Source of the DNA: Spirochaetia bacterium
GTDB taxonomy: Bacteria > Spirochaetota > Spirochaetia > SZUA-6 > Bin103
Direction of reading: 5' to 3'
Assembly (NCBI GenBank): GCA_965203515.1
Contig: OZ241907.1
Location: forward strand, 989,730 to 1,053,729
DNA: 64,000 nucleotides
The position numbers were made by a program, and so were the translations under genes. The notes below the pieces were generated by a model. That model saw only the letters and a program-made list of their open reading frames with translations, searched no databases and was not told where the DNA came from. Shown piece after piece: positions 1-9,486 of this stretch; position 1 is the stretch's first letter, and each line of letters starts with the position of its first letter.

Positions 1-31
1 CGGGCGGCGCGGGATGCGGTAGGTTGCCGGC

Positions 32-751
32 ATGCCGACGGTCCTGATTCTCGCCGCCCTGGACGAGGAGGTGGAGGCGTTCCGCGGAGCGCACGAGCTG
101 ACGCCGGTCGAGGAGGGGACGCCCTTCGCCGCCTTCCGGTTCCGGGTGAGCGGCGCCGGCGCGGTGCTGATGCGCACCGGGGTCGGCAAGGCGTTCGCGG
201 CGATGGTGGCGCAGCGCGCGATCGACCGCGTGCGGCCCGACTACCTGATCGTCACCGGCATCGCCGGCAGCGTGCGCGACGGGCTGCAGCCGGGCGACGT
301 GGTGGTGGGCCGGGACTGCGTGCAGCACGACCTGGACGCCACGGCGCTGGGGTTCGAGCTGGGCCGGGTGCCGTACACCGAGCACCGCATCCTGCGCGCC
401 GACCCGCGGCTGGTGGAGCTGGCGCTGGCCGTGCCGGTGGCGGGCCGGCGCGTGGTGGCCGGCCGCATCCTGACCGGGGATCAGTTCATCAGCGATCCCG
501 ATGCCGCGCTGCGCGCACGGCTGCGCGGTCTGGACGGCGACGTGGTGGAGATGGAGGGCGCGGCGATCGCGCTGGTGGCGACCGTCAACCGCGTGCCGTT
601 CGTGATCGTCCGCTCGGTATCCGACCGGGCCGACGCCGCCGCGCCGTCCGACTTCGGCGCCTTCCTGCGCCGCGCGGCGGCAAACTCCCGCACCGTCTGC
701 GCGGGCCTCCTCGACCGGCTCGGCCGGCTGCCGCCGCCGGCTCAGCCGTGA
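32..751 (+). CDS. mtnN: 5'-methylthioadenosine/S-adenosylhomocysteine nucleosidase (PNP_UDP_1 family)
   Basis: 239 aa translation with the EMEGAA motif and overall MTA/SAH nucleosidase layout; ATG start with upstream SD-like GGT-AGG. Confidence 0.8.
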   Translation: MPTVLILAALDEEVEAFRGAHELTPVEEGTPFAAFRFRVSGAGAVLMRTGVGKAFAAMVAQRAIDRVRPDYLIVTGIAGSVRDGLQPGDVVVGRDCVQHDLDATALGFELGRVPYTEHRILRADPRLVELALAVPVAGRRVVAGRILTGDQFISDPDAALRARLRGLDGDVVEMEGAAIALVATVNRVPFVIVRSVSDRADAAAPSDFGAFLRRAAANSRTVCAGLLDRLGRLPPPAQP

Positions 752-1275
752 GCGACGAGGGAGGTGAAGGCAACGCGCTTCCCGATCGCGGAAACGACCC
801 GGATGCCCTTGTAATTCTCTACCTGCGGCGCCTCTTTCGCCCGTACCGGCTGCTTGTCCAGCCTTGAGCTGCTTCGTGCTCCGATCAGCGCGTACCGTGC
901 CCTTGCAGGCGATGTATCGGTCCGGAAGTGTACTGCGCACATCGTCTGGAGATAGCGCAAGATCGGTAACGACCGCCGCAGTTGCTCGTAGCCTTTGGTG
1001 CCATCGTGCAACGTCTGCTTGAGCTCCAGGAACAGTCCCCCGTCCCGCTTGTCATCGCGGAAGACGATCAGGTAGTCGCAGGCTTTTTTCCAGGGTCCAT
1101 CCTTGATGCCGGCAAGACTGCCGATCCGATTCAGGTCGATGACGATCGCGCCCTTCGGGAGGCCGGCGACGGTCACCCGCATGACGTTGGATTCTTCGAG
1201 TACGACTGCCCGTCCCGGAAGCGGAAGCACTACGGTCTTGTCGGCAAGAATCTGTTCGATGTGCTGCGCCAGCAC
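742..1275 (-). CDS. small partner protein of the upstream ATPase; possibly a TOPRIM-like RloB/DUF4276-type effector
   Basis: ORF immediately follows the ATPase stop (1278) on the same strand, with a GTG at 1275 (alternative ATG at 1182). Possible TOPRIM-like motifs: VVLEES (acidic) and DYLIVFRDD (DxD-like). Low-GC codon usage is shared with the ATPase. Start is uncertain. Confidence 0.4.
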   Translation of the reverse strand: MLAQHIEQILADKTVVLPLPGRAVVLEESNVMRVTVAGLPKGAIVIDLNRIGSLAGIKDGPWKKACDYLIVFRDDKRDGGLFLELKQTLHDGTKGYEQLRRSLPILRYLQTMCAVHFRTDTSPARARYALIGARSSSRLDKQPVRAKEAPQVENYKGIRVVSAIGKRVAFTSLVAHG

Positions 1276-1277
1276 CG

Positions 1278-2714
1278 CTATGCTTCGTCCGTCAGTCTTG
1301 ATGAAAGCGCGTTTGCCACCGTGTTGATCTCGTCGATGGTCTTGTCGAACACCGGCATGTCGATGCCGAACCGGTCGACGGTGCACTTCGTCAACCCGTT
1401 GTTCTCGGCCACGTATGCGCTGATCGACTCGGGCCGAAGCAAGTCATGAGGATGGTACTTGAACTCGCTCACCAATTTCTCCTTGTCTTCGAACGGCTGA
1501 CTCAACATGACGAGGTTGTTGAACTCCTTGATCAGATAGTCGCTGTGGGTGGTGATCAACACCTTCACGCCCGCATTCACGAATCGCGCCAGCAGCCGCG
1601 CCAGTCGTATCTGGTTCATGGTATCGAGATGACTCTCCGGCTCGTCGACGATGAGCAGATGGTTCTTCCGGACGACGTGTCTGAGGTAGAAGTAGAAGTC
1701 CGACAGTCCGCGCGCCGAAGACGAAGCGGCGTGCAGGGGAATGTTGAAGCTGCGGCCTCGTCCGCGCGACTTGGAAATGAACCTTATCTCGTCACCCGAA
1801 GTTCCGTAGTAGCCATCCATCATGTCCTTGACGTAATCGTAGAGCTTGTGCTCGTGAAGCTCGCCCTTGTCCCTTCGCCGCTCCGGAATGCTCCTGGTAT
1901 AGTCGATGTTGTCCTTGATCGGCATGGCGTACCGGCTGGTGGCTCGATCGATGACCAGAAATGGAGCGGCGCGTTCACGGTTCTTGTCATCGGCCATCTT
2001 CTGCAGCAGATCGACGAGTTGATTCTTGGTAAAATCGAGTTCCCGATAGAACAGCGAGATGCCAAAGCGTTCGGCCGACAGGATGAACGGATCAGGAAGC
2101 ATACCGGTGAGCAGAAACCCGACGTAGAGGTTGGCTGCGTAGTACTCAAGTCGGGAGCTCGCGGTCTTCGATCGATCCGCGTGGACGGTCCATGTTACGG
2201 TGCTGCCGTCGTACGCTATCGAAAGGCCGGTCGGTTCGTTCGACAGTCGGGCCGGAACGGCGCCGTTGCCTCCGCTGATCACTTCGATCGATGCATCTTT
2301 GAATTCGTCAGGTATGCTGAAAACCGCAGACATCGCTTGCTCCGAGAAATCGTCGCTCAGGCGTTGGAGAACTGCCGCCTGCTGTCGTGCGATCGTTTCT
2401 CGACTCAACGGGAATTCGGCGCTCCCGTCACGGACGAGCCGCTCGGCCGCTGGCCGAAGATCGGGGAACATTGCGGATCGTTCCTCGCCGAGCAGGAGGC
2501 TATGGGATTCCGACCAGCGCTTCCACATTTTCAGAAATCCGTACAGAGCATAGGCGACATAGGTCTTGCCGGTGTTGTTGCGTCCGGCGATGATCGTGAG
2601 GTCTCCAAGTTCCAGGTCCGCGGTTTTCACCGGTCCCAGATTCCGGAATCGAAACGTGAGCGGCGCCGGTCTGGGGTCGTTGATCCGATCCGTGGTTGAC
2701 GCTCGTACCATCAT
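1278..2714 (-). CDS. AAA_21/AAA_15-type ABC-like ATPase (OLD/RloA/AbiL-like family)
   Basis: Walker A GRNNTGKT near the N-terminus; Walker B plus D-loop LLIVDEPESHLD; TTHSDYLI H-motif near the C-terminus. Start ATG at 2714 (MMVRASTT). GC is clearly lower than the flanks. Confidence 0.75.
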   Translation of the reverse strand: MMVRASTTDRINDPRPAPLTFRFRNLGPVKTADLELGDLTIIAGRNNTGKTYVAYALYGFLKMWKRWSESHSLLLGEERSAMFPDLRPAAERLVRDGSAEFPLSRETIARQQAAVLQRLSDDFSEQAMSAVFSIPDEFKDASIEVISGGNGAVPARLSNEPTGLSIAYDGSTVTWTVHADRSKTASSRLEYYAANLYVGFLLTGMLPDPFILSAERFGISLFYRELDFTKNQLVDLLQKMADDKNRERAAPFLVIDRATSRYAMPIKDNIDYTRSIPERRRDKGELHEHKLYDYVKDMMDGYYGTSGDEIRFISKSRGRGRSFNIPLHAASSSARGLSDFYFYLRHVVRKNHLLIVDEPESHLDTMNQIRLARLLARFVNAGVKVLITTHSDYLIKEFNNLVMLSQPFEDKEKLVSEFKYHPHDLLRPESISAYVAENNGLTKCTVDRFGIDMPVFDKTIDEINTVANALSSRLTDEA

Positions 2715-2733
2715 CCGTACACTACCACATCGC

Positions 2734-3309
2734 ATGACGCGGGATGACGGTCCGCTTTCGGCGGCGGTGCGCGCGGTGATCCGCGACGTGGCCGACTTTC
2801 CGCGGCCGGGCATCATGTTCCGGGACATCACGCCGGTGTTCGGCGCGATCGGCCTGCCGTTGCGCATCGCGTCCTGGATGGCGGCCGCGTTCGCGGCCGA
2901 TCCCGGCGGCAGCGGCTGCGACGGCGGCGACCACCACATCGACGCGGTCGCCTGCGTGGAGGCGCGCGGCTTCATGCTCGGGCCGCTGGTGGCGCGTGAG
3001 CTGGGCGTGGGCCTGATCCCGGTGCGCAAGCCGAACAAGCTGCCGCGCGCGACGCTGCGTCAGGACTATGACCTGGAATACGGCACCGACGCGTTGGAGA
3101 TGCACGCCGACGCCTGCGGCGCGGGGCAGCGCGTTCTGCTGGTCGACGACGTGCTGGCCACCGGCGGCACCGCGGCGGCCGCCTGCCGGTTGATCCAGCG
3201 CGCCGGCGCCAGCGTGGCGGGCGCCGCGTTCCTGATCGAGCTGGACGGCCTGGACGGCGCTCGGCGGCTGCCGGCGCCCAGCCGCAGCCTGCTGGTGCTG
3301 CCGGCGTGA
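2734..3309 (+). CDS. apt: adenine phosphoribosyltransferase
   Basis: PRTase motif VLLVDDVLATGGTA and an Apt-like N-terminal region (FPRPGIMFRDITP); ATG at 2734. Confidence 0.8.
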   Translation: MTRDDGPLSAAVRAVIRDVADFPRPGIMFRDITPVFGAIGLPLRIASWMAAAFAADPGGSGCDGGDHHIDAVACVEARGFMLGPLVARELGVGLIPVRKPNKLPRATLRQDYDLEYGTDALEMHADACGAGQRVLLVDDVLATGGTAAAACRLIQRAGASVAGAAFLIELDGLDGARRLPAPSRSLLVLPA

Positions 3310-3512
3310 ACGGCGCTCCGCGCGTGCCGCTGCTGCTGATGCGGATCGGCTGCGTGATGGTGGCGGCCGGCGTCGCGCTGGCGTACCTGGCCTGGGCGCT
3401 CGCCTATGCCCGGGTCAGCCTGGCGGCGATCGCCGGTCCGGTCGGCGCGGTGCTGCTGGTCGGGGTGGCGCTGTTCGTGGTCGGCGCGTTGACCGGCGCC
3501 GGGCGGCGCTGA
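3306..3512 (+). CDS. hypothetical small membrane protein
   Basis: 68 aa with two hydrophobic segments; overlaps the apt stop (GTGA). No recognisable family. Confidence 0.3.
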   Translation: MNGAPRVPLLLMRIGCVMVAAGVALAYLAWALAYARVSLAAIAGPVGAVLLVGVALFVVGALTGAGRR

Positions 3513-3534
3513 GCTCGCCGCAGGACCGCTTGCC

Positions 3535-5352
3535 TCAGGACGCCTCTTCGCGCTTCATCTGCCGCCGGTAGAGGTCGGCGTACACGCCGTCGAGCGCCAT
3601 CAGCTCGTCGTGCGTGCCGCGCTCGACGATGCCGTAGTCCTTGAGCACGAACAGGCGGTCGGCGGCCCGCACCGTGCTGAGCCGGTGGGCGATGATGATA
3701 GCCGTCCGCCCCTGCAGCAGCCGGTGCAGCGCGGCCTGGATCACCGCCTCGGTCACCACGTCGACGCTGGAGGTCGCCTCGTCCAGGACGATCAGCCGCG
3801 GGTCGGCGAGCAGCGCCCGGGCGATGGCGACGAGCTGGCGCTGGCCGACCGACAGGTTGGTGCCGAACTCCAGTATCTGCGTGTCGTACCCGTCCGGCAG
3901 CCGCTCGACGAACCGGTGCAGGCCGACCGCCCGGGCGGCGCCGACGACCGCATCATCGGGCGCCGCGGGCGCGCCGAAGCGGACGTTGTCGGCGATCGAG
4001 CCCGGAAACAGGAACGGGTCCTGCGCGACCAGCGCCATCTGCGCGCGCAGCGTGCGCTGCTGCACCGACCGCACGTCGATGCCGTCGATCAGCACCTGAC
4101 CGGCGGTGACGTCGTAGAACCGGGAGATCAGGTTGGCGATGGTCGTCTTGCCGGAGCCGGTCTCGCCGATCAGCGCCACGGTCTGTCCCGGCTCGATGGC
4201 AAGGTCGATCTCCTCCAGCACCGGCTGATCGGGCTGGTAGGCGAAGGAGACGCCGCGCAGCTCGACACGGCCCGCGATCCGCCGCATCGCCGGAGCGTCC
4301 GGAGCGTCGACGACGATCGGCTCGGTGTCCAGCAGCTCCAGCACCTTCTCGCCGCCGGCCATCGCCGACTGCATGGAGGCGTAGAGCTGGCTGAGCTCCT
4401 GAATCGGCTGGAAGAAGCGGCTCACGTAGGCCAGGAAGGCGACCATCACGCCGAGCGAGACCGCGTCGTCGCCGTAGGCAAGGCCGCCGAACAGCAGCAC
4501 CGCGGCCGTGGCCGCCAGCGCCAGAAACTCGACCGCCGGCGTGAAGGCCAGCGACAGCGAGAGCGCGCGGATCTGCGCGTCGCTGGCGTCTCGATTGCGG
4601 CGGTCGAACCGCGCGGCGGCCGCCGGCATCTGCGCGAACGCCCGGATCACGCGCATCCCGCCGATCGCCTCCGCCAGGTTGCCGACCATGGCGGCGATCG
4701 CCGTCCGCGTGGAGCGAAACGCGCGCCGCGCCAGACGCGAGAAGATCAGGGTCGCTACCACCATCACCGGCACCACGGCAAAGGTCGCCAGCGCCAGCTC
4801 CGTGTCCATGATCAGCATGGCGACCACGATGCCGATCAGCACCAGCGAGTCGCCGATGATCTGCACCAGCCCCTGGGACAACACCTCGTTGATGGTGGCG
4901 ACGTCGTTGATCACCCGCGAAATGGTGACGCCTACCGGATGCTCGGTGTGGTAGCGCAGCGACAGCCGCTGCAGGTGGCGGAACAACTGCGCCCGCATCG
5001 TGGCCAGCATCCGCTGGCCGACCCACGACAGCAGGTAGGTCTGCAGCGCGTGCGCGGCATAGGTTCCCAGGAACGTCAGGACCAGCAGGCCGCTGATCAG
5101 CGCCAGGCGCGGCAGGTCGCCGGCGGCGATGGCGTCGTCGATGGCGAGCTGAATGAGCCACGGCGCCGCCAGGCTCAGGGTGGTGACCGCCAGCATGGCC
5201 ACCGACGCGGCCGCCATGTGCTTGCGGTACGGACGCAGGTAGGCGGTCAGGCGGCGGATGACGTGCGGGTCGATCGCGCGTCCTTCGCCGCCGGCGTGCG
5301 CCCGCAGCATCGACCGCGGCCCGCCCCCCATCCCCGTGGAAAAAGTGCTCAT
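3535..5352 (-). CDS. ABC transporter permease/ATP-binding protein (exporter, MsbA/MdlB-like)
   Basis: N-terminal 6-TM region followed by an NBD with Walker A GETGSGKTT, signature LSVGQRQ and Walker B ILDEATS; ATGA overlap with the upstream partner gene. Confidence 0.85.
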   Translation of the reverse strand: MSTFSTGMGGGPRSMLRAHAGGEGRAIDPHVIRRLTAYLRPYRKHMAAASVAMLAVTTLSLAAPWLIQLAIDDAIAAGDLPRLALISGLLVLTFLGTYAAHALQTYLLSWVGQRMLATMRAQLFRHLQRLSLRYHTEHPVGVTISRVINDVATINEVLSQGLVQIIGDSLVLIGIVVAMLIMDTELALATFAVVPVMVVATLIFSRLARRAFRSTRTAIAAMVGNLAEAIGGMRVIRAFAQMPAAAARFDRRNRDASDAQIRALSLSLAFTPAVEFLALAATAAVLLFGGLAYGDDAVSLGVMVAFLAYVSRFFQPIQELSQLYASMQSAMAGGEKVLELLDTEPIVVDAPDAPAMRRIAGRVELRGVSFAYQPDQPVLEEIDLAIEPGQTVALIGETGSGKTTIANLISRFYDVTAGQVLIDGIDVRSVQQRTLRAQMALVAQDPFLFPGSIADNVRFGAPAAPDDAVVGAARAVGLHRFVERLPDGYDTQILEFGTNLSVGQRQLVAIARALLADPRLIVLDEATSSVDVVTEAVIQAALHRLLQGRTAIIIAHRLSTVRAADRLFVLKDYGIVERGTHDELMALDGVYADLYRRQMKREEAS

Positions 5353-7202
5353 CGGGAACCCGGTCGGGTCGCGCCGGCCGCCGCCCGCGCCAAGCGGCCG
5401 ACACCGGAGTGTTCGTCACCGGAGTGTTCGTCATGGGAATGGCCGTCACCGGATACGGCGGCGGGCGGGCGGGGCGGCGCCTGCCCGGCGGAGGCGAAGA
5501 TGGCGCCGTACAGCGGCGAGCGTGCCAGCAGTTCCTCATGGGCGCCGTAGGCGGCGATCCGGCCTTCGTCGAGCACCACGACCGCATCCGCGTCCCTGCA
5601 GGTGCTGGCGCGTTGCGCGATCACGATCATGGTGCGCCCGCCGGCGGAGCGGCGCAGCGTCGACAGGATCCGGCCCTCGGTGCGCGCGTCCACGCTGGAG
5701 GTGGCGTCGTCCAGGATCAGGATGCGCGGATCGGTCAGCAGCGCGCGGGCGATGGCGATGCGCTGCTTCTGTCCGCCGGAGAGGGTGACGCCGCGTTCGC
5801 CCACCCACGTGTCGTAGCCCTCCGGCAATCCCTCGATGAAGCTGCGTATCTGGGCCGCTTCCGCCGCCGCCTCGATCTCTTCCGTCGCGGCGTCCGGACG
5901 GCCGAAGGCGATGTTCTCGCCGATGGTGGCGGCGAACAGCACCGTGTCCTGCAGGACGACGCCGATCTGCGAGCGCAGCGACGCCAGGGTGACGCCGCGC
6001 AGGTCGATGCCGTCGATCTCGATCGCGCCGCGGGTCGGGTCGTGCAGGCGCAGCAGGAGCGAGATCAGGGTCGTCTTGCCCGATCCGGTGCCGCCGAGCA
6101 CCGCCAGTCGGCTGCCGGCCGGGATGGTCAGGTCGATGTCGGTGAGCGCCTCCGGCTGGTCCTCTCCGCCGAACGCGAAGCCGACGCGGCGAAAGCGCAC
6201 CTCGCCCCGGCCGCGGGGCAGCGGCCGCGCGTTCGGCGCCTCCGGGATGGCGACCGGGGCGTCCAGTATCTCCGCGACCCGCTCCGCCGACGCCAGCCCC
6301 TGCACGGTCAGCGGCAGCATGGCCCCGACGCGGCGTACCGGCGCGAAGAGCTGCGTCAGGTAGGTGGTGAACGCCACCAGCAGGCCGAGGCTCTCGCCGC
6401 GCACGACCATCAGGCCGCCGATGCCGACCACCACCACCAGACCGAGGTTGGCGATCAGCGACAACAACGGCGTATGGATCGCCTTCAACCGGGTGTTGAG
6501 CGCCGAGATCACGAACCATCGGTCTACCTCGCGCTGGAACCGCACCGTCTCGCGCTGCTCCTGCGCGAACGCCTTGACCAGGCGCGCGCCCTGCAGGTTC
6601 TGCTCCAACGCCGACGTCATCACGCCGAGCTGCTGCTGGAGCCGGGTCGCCAGCGGCCGCTGCTGCCGGCCGAAGATGAACGCCTGCACCGCCAGGAAGG
6701 GGACCGGGATCAGCGACGCGGCGCCCAGCACCGGGTTCATCGCCAGCATGAACGCCAGCGTCCCGGCAAACAGCAGGGCCGCGTCCATGACCCGCAGGAG
6801 CGCCTTGCTGACCACGAACCGCAGGCGCTCGACGTCCTGGATCGCGCGCTGCAGGATCTGCCCGGTCTCCATCCGTTCGATGAAGGAGATCTCCACCACG
6901 CCGAGCCGGAGGAAGAGCTCATTGCGCAGGTCGTAGGCGAGCCGCTGCGCGGCGACTTCCGCCAGACGCCCGTGCAGGAACCCGAACAGCGCCCGGGCGG
7001 CGGCCAACCCGACCAGCGCGATCACCGAACGGATCAGTACGGTGCGGTCGCCGGCGATGATGCCGCGGTCGACGATCCAGCGGACGAACAGCGGGATGAC
7101 GACGAGCGCGGCCGTGTGCGCGACCAACGCCGCGTACGCCGCCGCCATGAGGTGGCGGTACGGGCGCAGGTAGCGGAGGAAGCGACGGAACAGGATCGCC
7201 AA
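5349..7202 (-). CDS. ABC transporter permease/ATP-binding protein (heterodimer partner)
   Basis: TM domain plus NBD (GGTGSGKTT, LSGGQKQR, ILDDATS). The C-terminal tail carries an HSGDEHSGDE repeat that mirrors a DNA direct repeat at about 5403-5432. Confidence 0.85.
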   Translation of the reverse strand: MAILFRRFLRYLRPYRHLMAAAYAALVAHTAALVVIPLFVRWIVDRGIIAGDRTVLIRSVIALVGLAAARALFGFLHGRLAEVAAQRLAYDLRNELFLRLGVVEISFIERMETGQILQRAIQDVERLRFVVSKALLRVMDAALLFAGTLAFMLAMNPVLGAASLIPVPFLAVQAFIFGRQQRPLATRLQQQLGVMTSALEQNLQGARLVKAFAQEQRETVRFQREVDRWFVISALNTRLKAIHTPLLSLIANLGLVVVVGIGGLMVVRGESLGLLVAFTTYLTQLFAPVRRVGAMLPLTVQGLASAERVAEILDAPVAIPEAPNARPLPRGRGEVRFRRVGFAFGGEDQPEALTDIDLTIPAGSRLAVLGGTGSGKTTLISLLLRLHDPTRGAIEIDGIDLRGVTLASLRSQIGVVLQDTVLFAATIGENIAFGRPDAATEEIEAAAEAAQIRSFIEGLPEGYDTWVGERGVTLSGGQKQRIAIARALLTDPRILILDDATSSVDARTEGRILSTLRRSAGGRTMIVIAQRASTCRDADAVVVLDEGRIAAYGAHEELLARSPLYGAIFASAGQAPPRPPAAVSGDGHSHDEHSGDEHSGVGRLARAAAGATRPGSR

Positions 7203-7312
7203 GCGGACAGTATACCGACGGCGACGGGCCGGGCAACCCGCCCGGCCGGCCCGCCGCGCCGCTGCCGGCTACGGCTCAGGCGGCGGCCCCGGCCGCCGCC
7301 TGAGCCGTACGC

Positions 7313-7798
7313 TCAGCCGTACGCCGATCCCAACCCCATCGCGCGGCGCCACGCCGCCACCTGGCCCAGGTGGTGTCCTTCGTGCATGGTCATCAGGGCG
7401 GCGGTGAAGTCGCCGACCGTGGGAAAGCGCTCGCGAACGCGCGGCGGCGCCGGCTGCCGCAGCCGCTCGGCGTCCGCCGCCGTCACCGCCTTGGCCACCC
7501 GCTCGTGCTGCGCGCGGAGCTGCTCCAGCAGCTCCGCCTTGCCGGGAAAGTCGGCGGCGTCCCCGCTGGGGATCGACCCCACGCGGCATGCCTCCCGCCA
7601 CGCGTCGGGAAAGGTGGACGGCAGCCCCAGCGCTCCGGCAAGCGCGTCGGACGTCGCGCCGAGATGGCCGAGCGTCCACGCCGGATGATTGATGACGCCG
7701 TGCGGCTGAGCGACCATCTGCTGATCCGTGAGGTCGGCGACGAGCCGCTCGGCGCGCTTGAGATTCAGGTCGTAGACGAACAACAGATGCTGCATCAT
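7313..7798 (-). CDS. DinB/YfiT-like (DinB_2 family) metal-dependent protein
   Basis: 161-aa C-terminal part of a long ORF with the HEGHHLGQ motif; the true start is the MMQHLL ATG at 7798. The upstream part of the ORF is antisense shadow. Confidence 0.65.
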   Translation of the reverse strand: MMQHLLFVYDLNLKRAERLVADLTDQQMVAQPHGVINHPAWTLGHLGATSDALAGALGLPSTFPDAWREACRVGSIPSGDAADFPGKAELLEQLRAQHERVAKAVTAADAERLRQPAPPRVRERFPTVGDFTAALMTMHEGHHLGQVAAWRRAMGLGSAYG

Positions 7799-7942
7799 CG
7801 ATCTCTCCCTGAGGCCCGGCGGCGGCCGGCGCCGCCCCGAGCGAAGTAGGACCGGCGCACTATAGCGCCGTCGGTCCGCGGCCTGCCATCCGTGATCCGG
7901 TATCGCCGGAAGCCGTTGCGTCGGGTGGTACGATGCGCGGCC

Positions 7943-9394
7943 ATGGAACAGACGCGAATCGGCCTGCTGCATCCGGGCCAGATGGGCTCGGCGGTGGGCC
8001 GGGTGCTGGCGGAAGCCGGGCATCGGGTTCTGTGGGTGTCGGCGGACCGGTCGTCCAAGTCGTGCGAGCGTGCGGCGGCGGCCGGCCTGGAAGACGCCGG
8101 CAGCCTGCAGGCGCTGGCCGCGCAGGCGGAGGTGATCCTGTCGATCTGTCCGCCGCACGCGGCGTCCGCAGTCGCCGAGCAGGTGGCCGCCGCCGGGTTC
8201 ACCGGCATCTACGCCGACTGCAACGCCATCTCGCCGCGCCGCACCCGCGCCGTCGAGGCGACGATCGCCGGCGCCGGCGCGACCTGCGTCGACGGGGGCA
8301 TCGTCGGCGGACCGCCGGCCGGCGGTCCGCCGCGCACGTCGCTCTATCTGTCGGGCTCGGCCGCCGGCCGGGTGGCCGCCTGCTTCCCGGCCGAAGCGCT
8401 GCGCGCGCCGGTGCTCTCGGACCGCATCGGCGCGGCCTCCGCGCTGAAGATGTGCTACGCGGCCAACACCAAGGGCACGTCGGCCCTGTTCGCGTCGATC
8501 CTGGCGCTGGCCGAGCGCGAGGGGGTGCGGGACGCGCTGGAACGGCAGTGGGGGCCGGGGCTGACCGCAACGGCGCACCGGCGCGCCGCCGACAGCGCCC
8601 CCAAGGCGTGGCGCTTCGAGGGCGAGATGCGCGAGATTTCGGCGACCTTCGCCGACGCCGGCCTGCCGGGCGGCTTTCACGCCGCGGCCGCCGCGATCTA
8701 CGCGCGGCTGGCCCCGTTCAAGGGGCGCTCCGAGCCGCCGGAACCGGGCGAGGTGCTCGCCGCGCTCCCGCGCGGACCCGGTTCCCGGCGCCCGTCCGGC
8801 GACGAACCCTTGCATGCCGGCGGCCTCTCCACCGGCGCGACGCTGCTGGACTTCTGGCGCTGGTCGGGCGCCGATCTGCTGAACAACGTGTGGCGCGGCG
8901 TGCTGGCCGAGTTCCTGGTCGCCCGCGCGCTCGACGTGACGCACGAACCGCGCGTCGAGTGGGCGGGCTACGACCTGCGTACCCGGTCGGGCGTCAAAGT
9001 CGAGGTGAAGAGCGCCGCCTACGTGCAGGCGTGGCACCAGAATGGCCCGTCGGCCATCCAGTTCGACATCGCCCCGCGCAAGCAGGTCTGGGACGCGGCG
9101 ACCAACAGGACCACGGTGTTCCCGCAGCCGAAGCGTCCGGCCGACGTCTACGTCTTCTGCGTGCTGGGGCGTGACGATCTGACCGATATTCCCGACCCGC
9201 TCGACGTCGACCAGTGGGCGTTCTACGTCCTCGGGCGGGCGTTCCTGGACCGCGAGCTGCCGATCCAGCAGACCATCGGCATCAAACCATTGCGCTCCCT
9301 GATGCGGCGCGCATCGGGCGGGCCGGCCGGCCCGATGCGCTACGGCGATCTGCGCGCGGCGGTCGAGCGGGCGGCCGAGCGTCCCGCCGGCTGA
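7943..9394 (+). CDS. NAD(P)-binding DUF1932/6PGDH-like dehydrogenase domain fused to a C-terminal PD-(D/E)xK nuclease-like domain
   Basis: N-terminal Rossmann G-x-G-x-x-G (GLLHPGQMGSAVG) and DUF1932-like body to about residue 290. The C-terminal roughly 190 aa carry E...D...EVK motifs (LAEF, GYDLRT, VEVKSAAY) typical of a restriction-endonuclease fold. The two parts may be separate genes if an internal non-ATG start is used. Confidence 0.55.
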   Translation: MEQTRIGLLHPGQMGSAVGRVLAEAGHRVLWVSADRSSKSCERAAAAGLEDAGSLQALAAQAEVILSICPPHAASAVAEQVAAAGFTGIYADCNAISPRRTRAVEATIAGAGATCVDGGIVGGPPAGGPPRTSLYLSGSAAGRVAACFPAEALRAPVLSDRIGAASALKMCYAANTKGTSALFASILALAEREGVRDALERQWGPGLTATAHRRAADSAPKAWRFEGEMREISATFADAGLPGGFHAAAAAIYARLAPFKGRSEPPEPGEVLAALPRGPGSRRPSGDEPLHAGGLSTGATLLDFWRWSGADLLNNVWRGVLAEFLVARALDVTHEPRVEWAGYDLRTRSGVKVEVKSAAYVQAWHQNGPSAIQFDIAPRKQVWDAATNRTTVFPQPKRPADVYVFCVLGRDDLTDIPDPLDVDQWAFYVLGRAFLDRELPIQQTIGIKPLRSLMRRASGGPAGPMRYGDLRAAVERAAERPAG

Positions 9395-9486
9395 CCGGCG
9401 CGCCGGAGCGGTCGACCACGGCTCGTTCCGCCGTATTCGCGCTACGCCGGTTGCCGGCCCCGCATCGCCTCGCTACAACCGTCTCC

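Noticed and set aside
742-2714. Assignment of the ATPase pair as Septu (PtuA/PtuB) or Gabija
   Set aside because: The partner lacks an HNH motif. The ATPase is not fused to TOPRIM and no UvrD-like GajB is adjacent, so only a generic ATPase-plus-effector call is supportable.
2715-3038. Upstream extension of the ATPase ORF overlapping apt
   Set aside because: The ATPase Walker A lies about 40 aa after the MMVRASTT start. The extension is an alternate frame of apt.
3610-7688. Long plus-strand ORFs (646 aa, 759 aa) and a 544-aa minus-strand alternate-frame ORF overlapping the ABC exporter genes
   Set aside because: Low-complexity Arg/Gly/Asp-rich translations without domains. The ABC genes in the minus-strand frames have complete TM and NBD motifs.
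7799-9037. Upstream 413 codons of the 574-aa minus-strand ORF ending in the DinB-like domain
   Set aside because: Only the last 161 aa (from MMQHLL) look like a real protein. The rest is antisense to the DUF1932-like gene.
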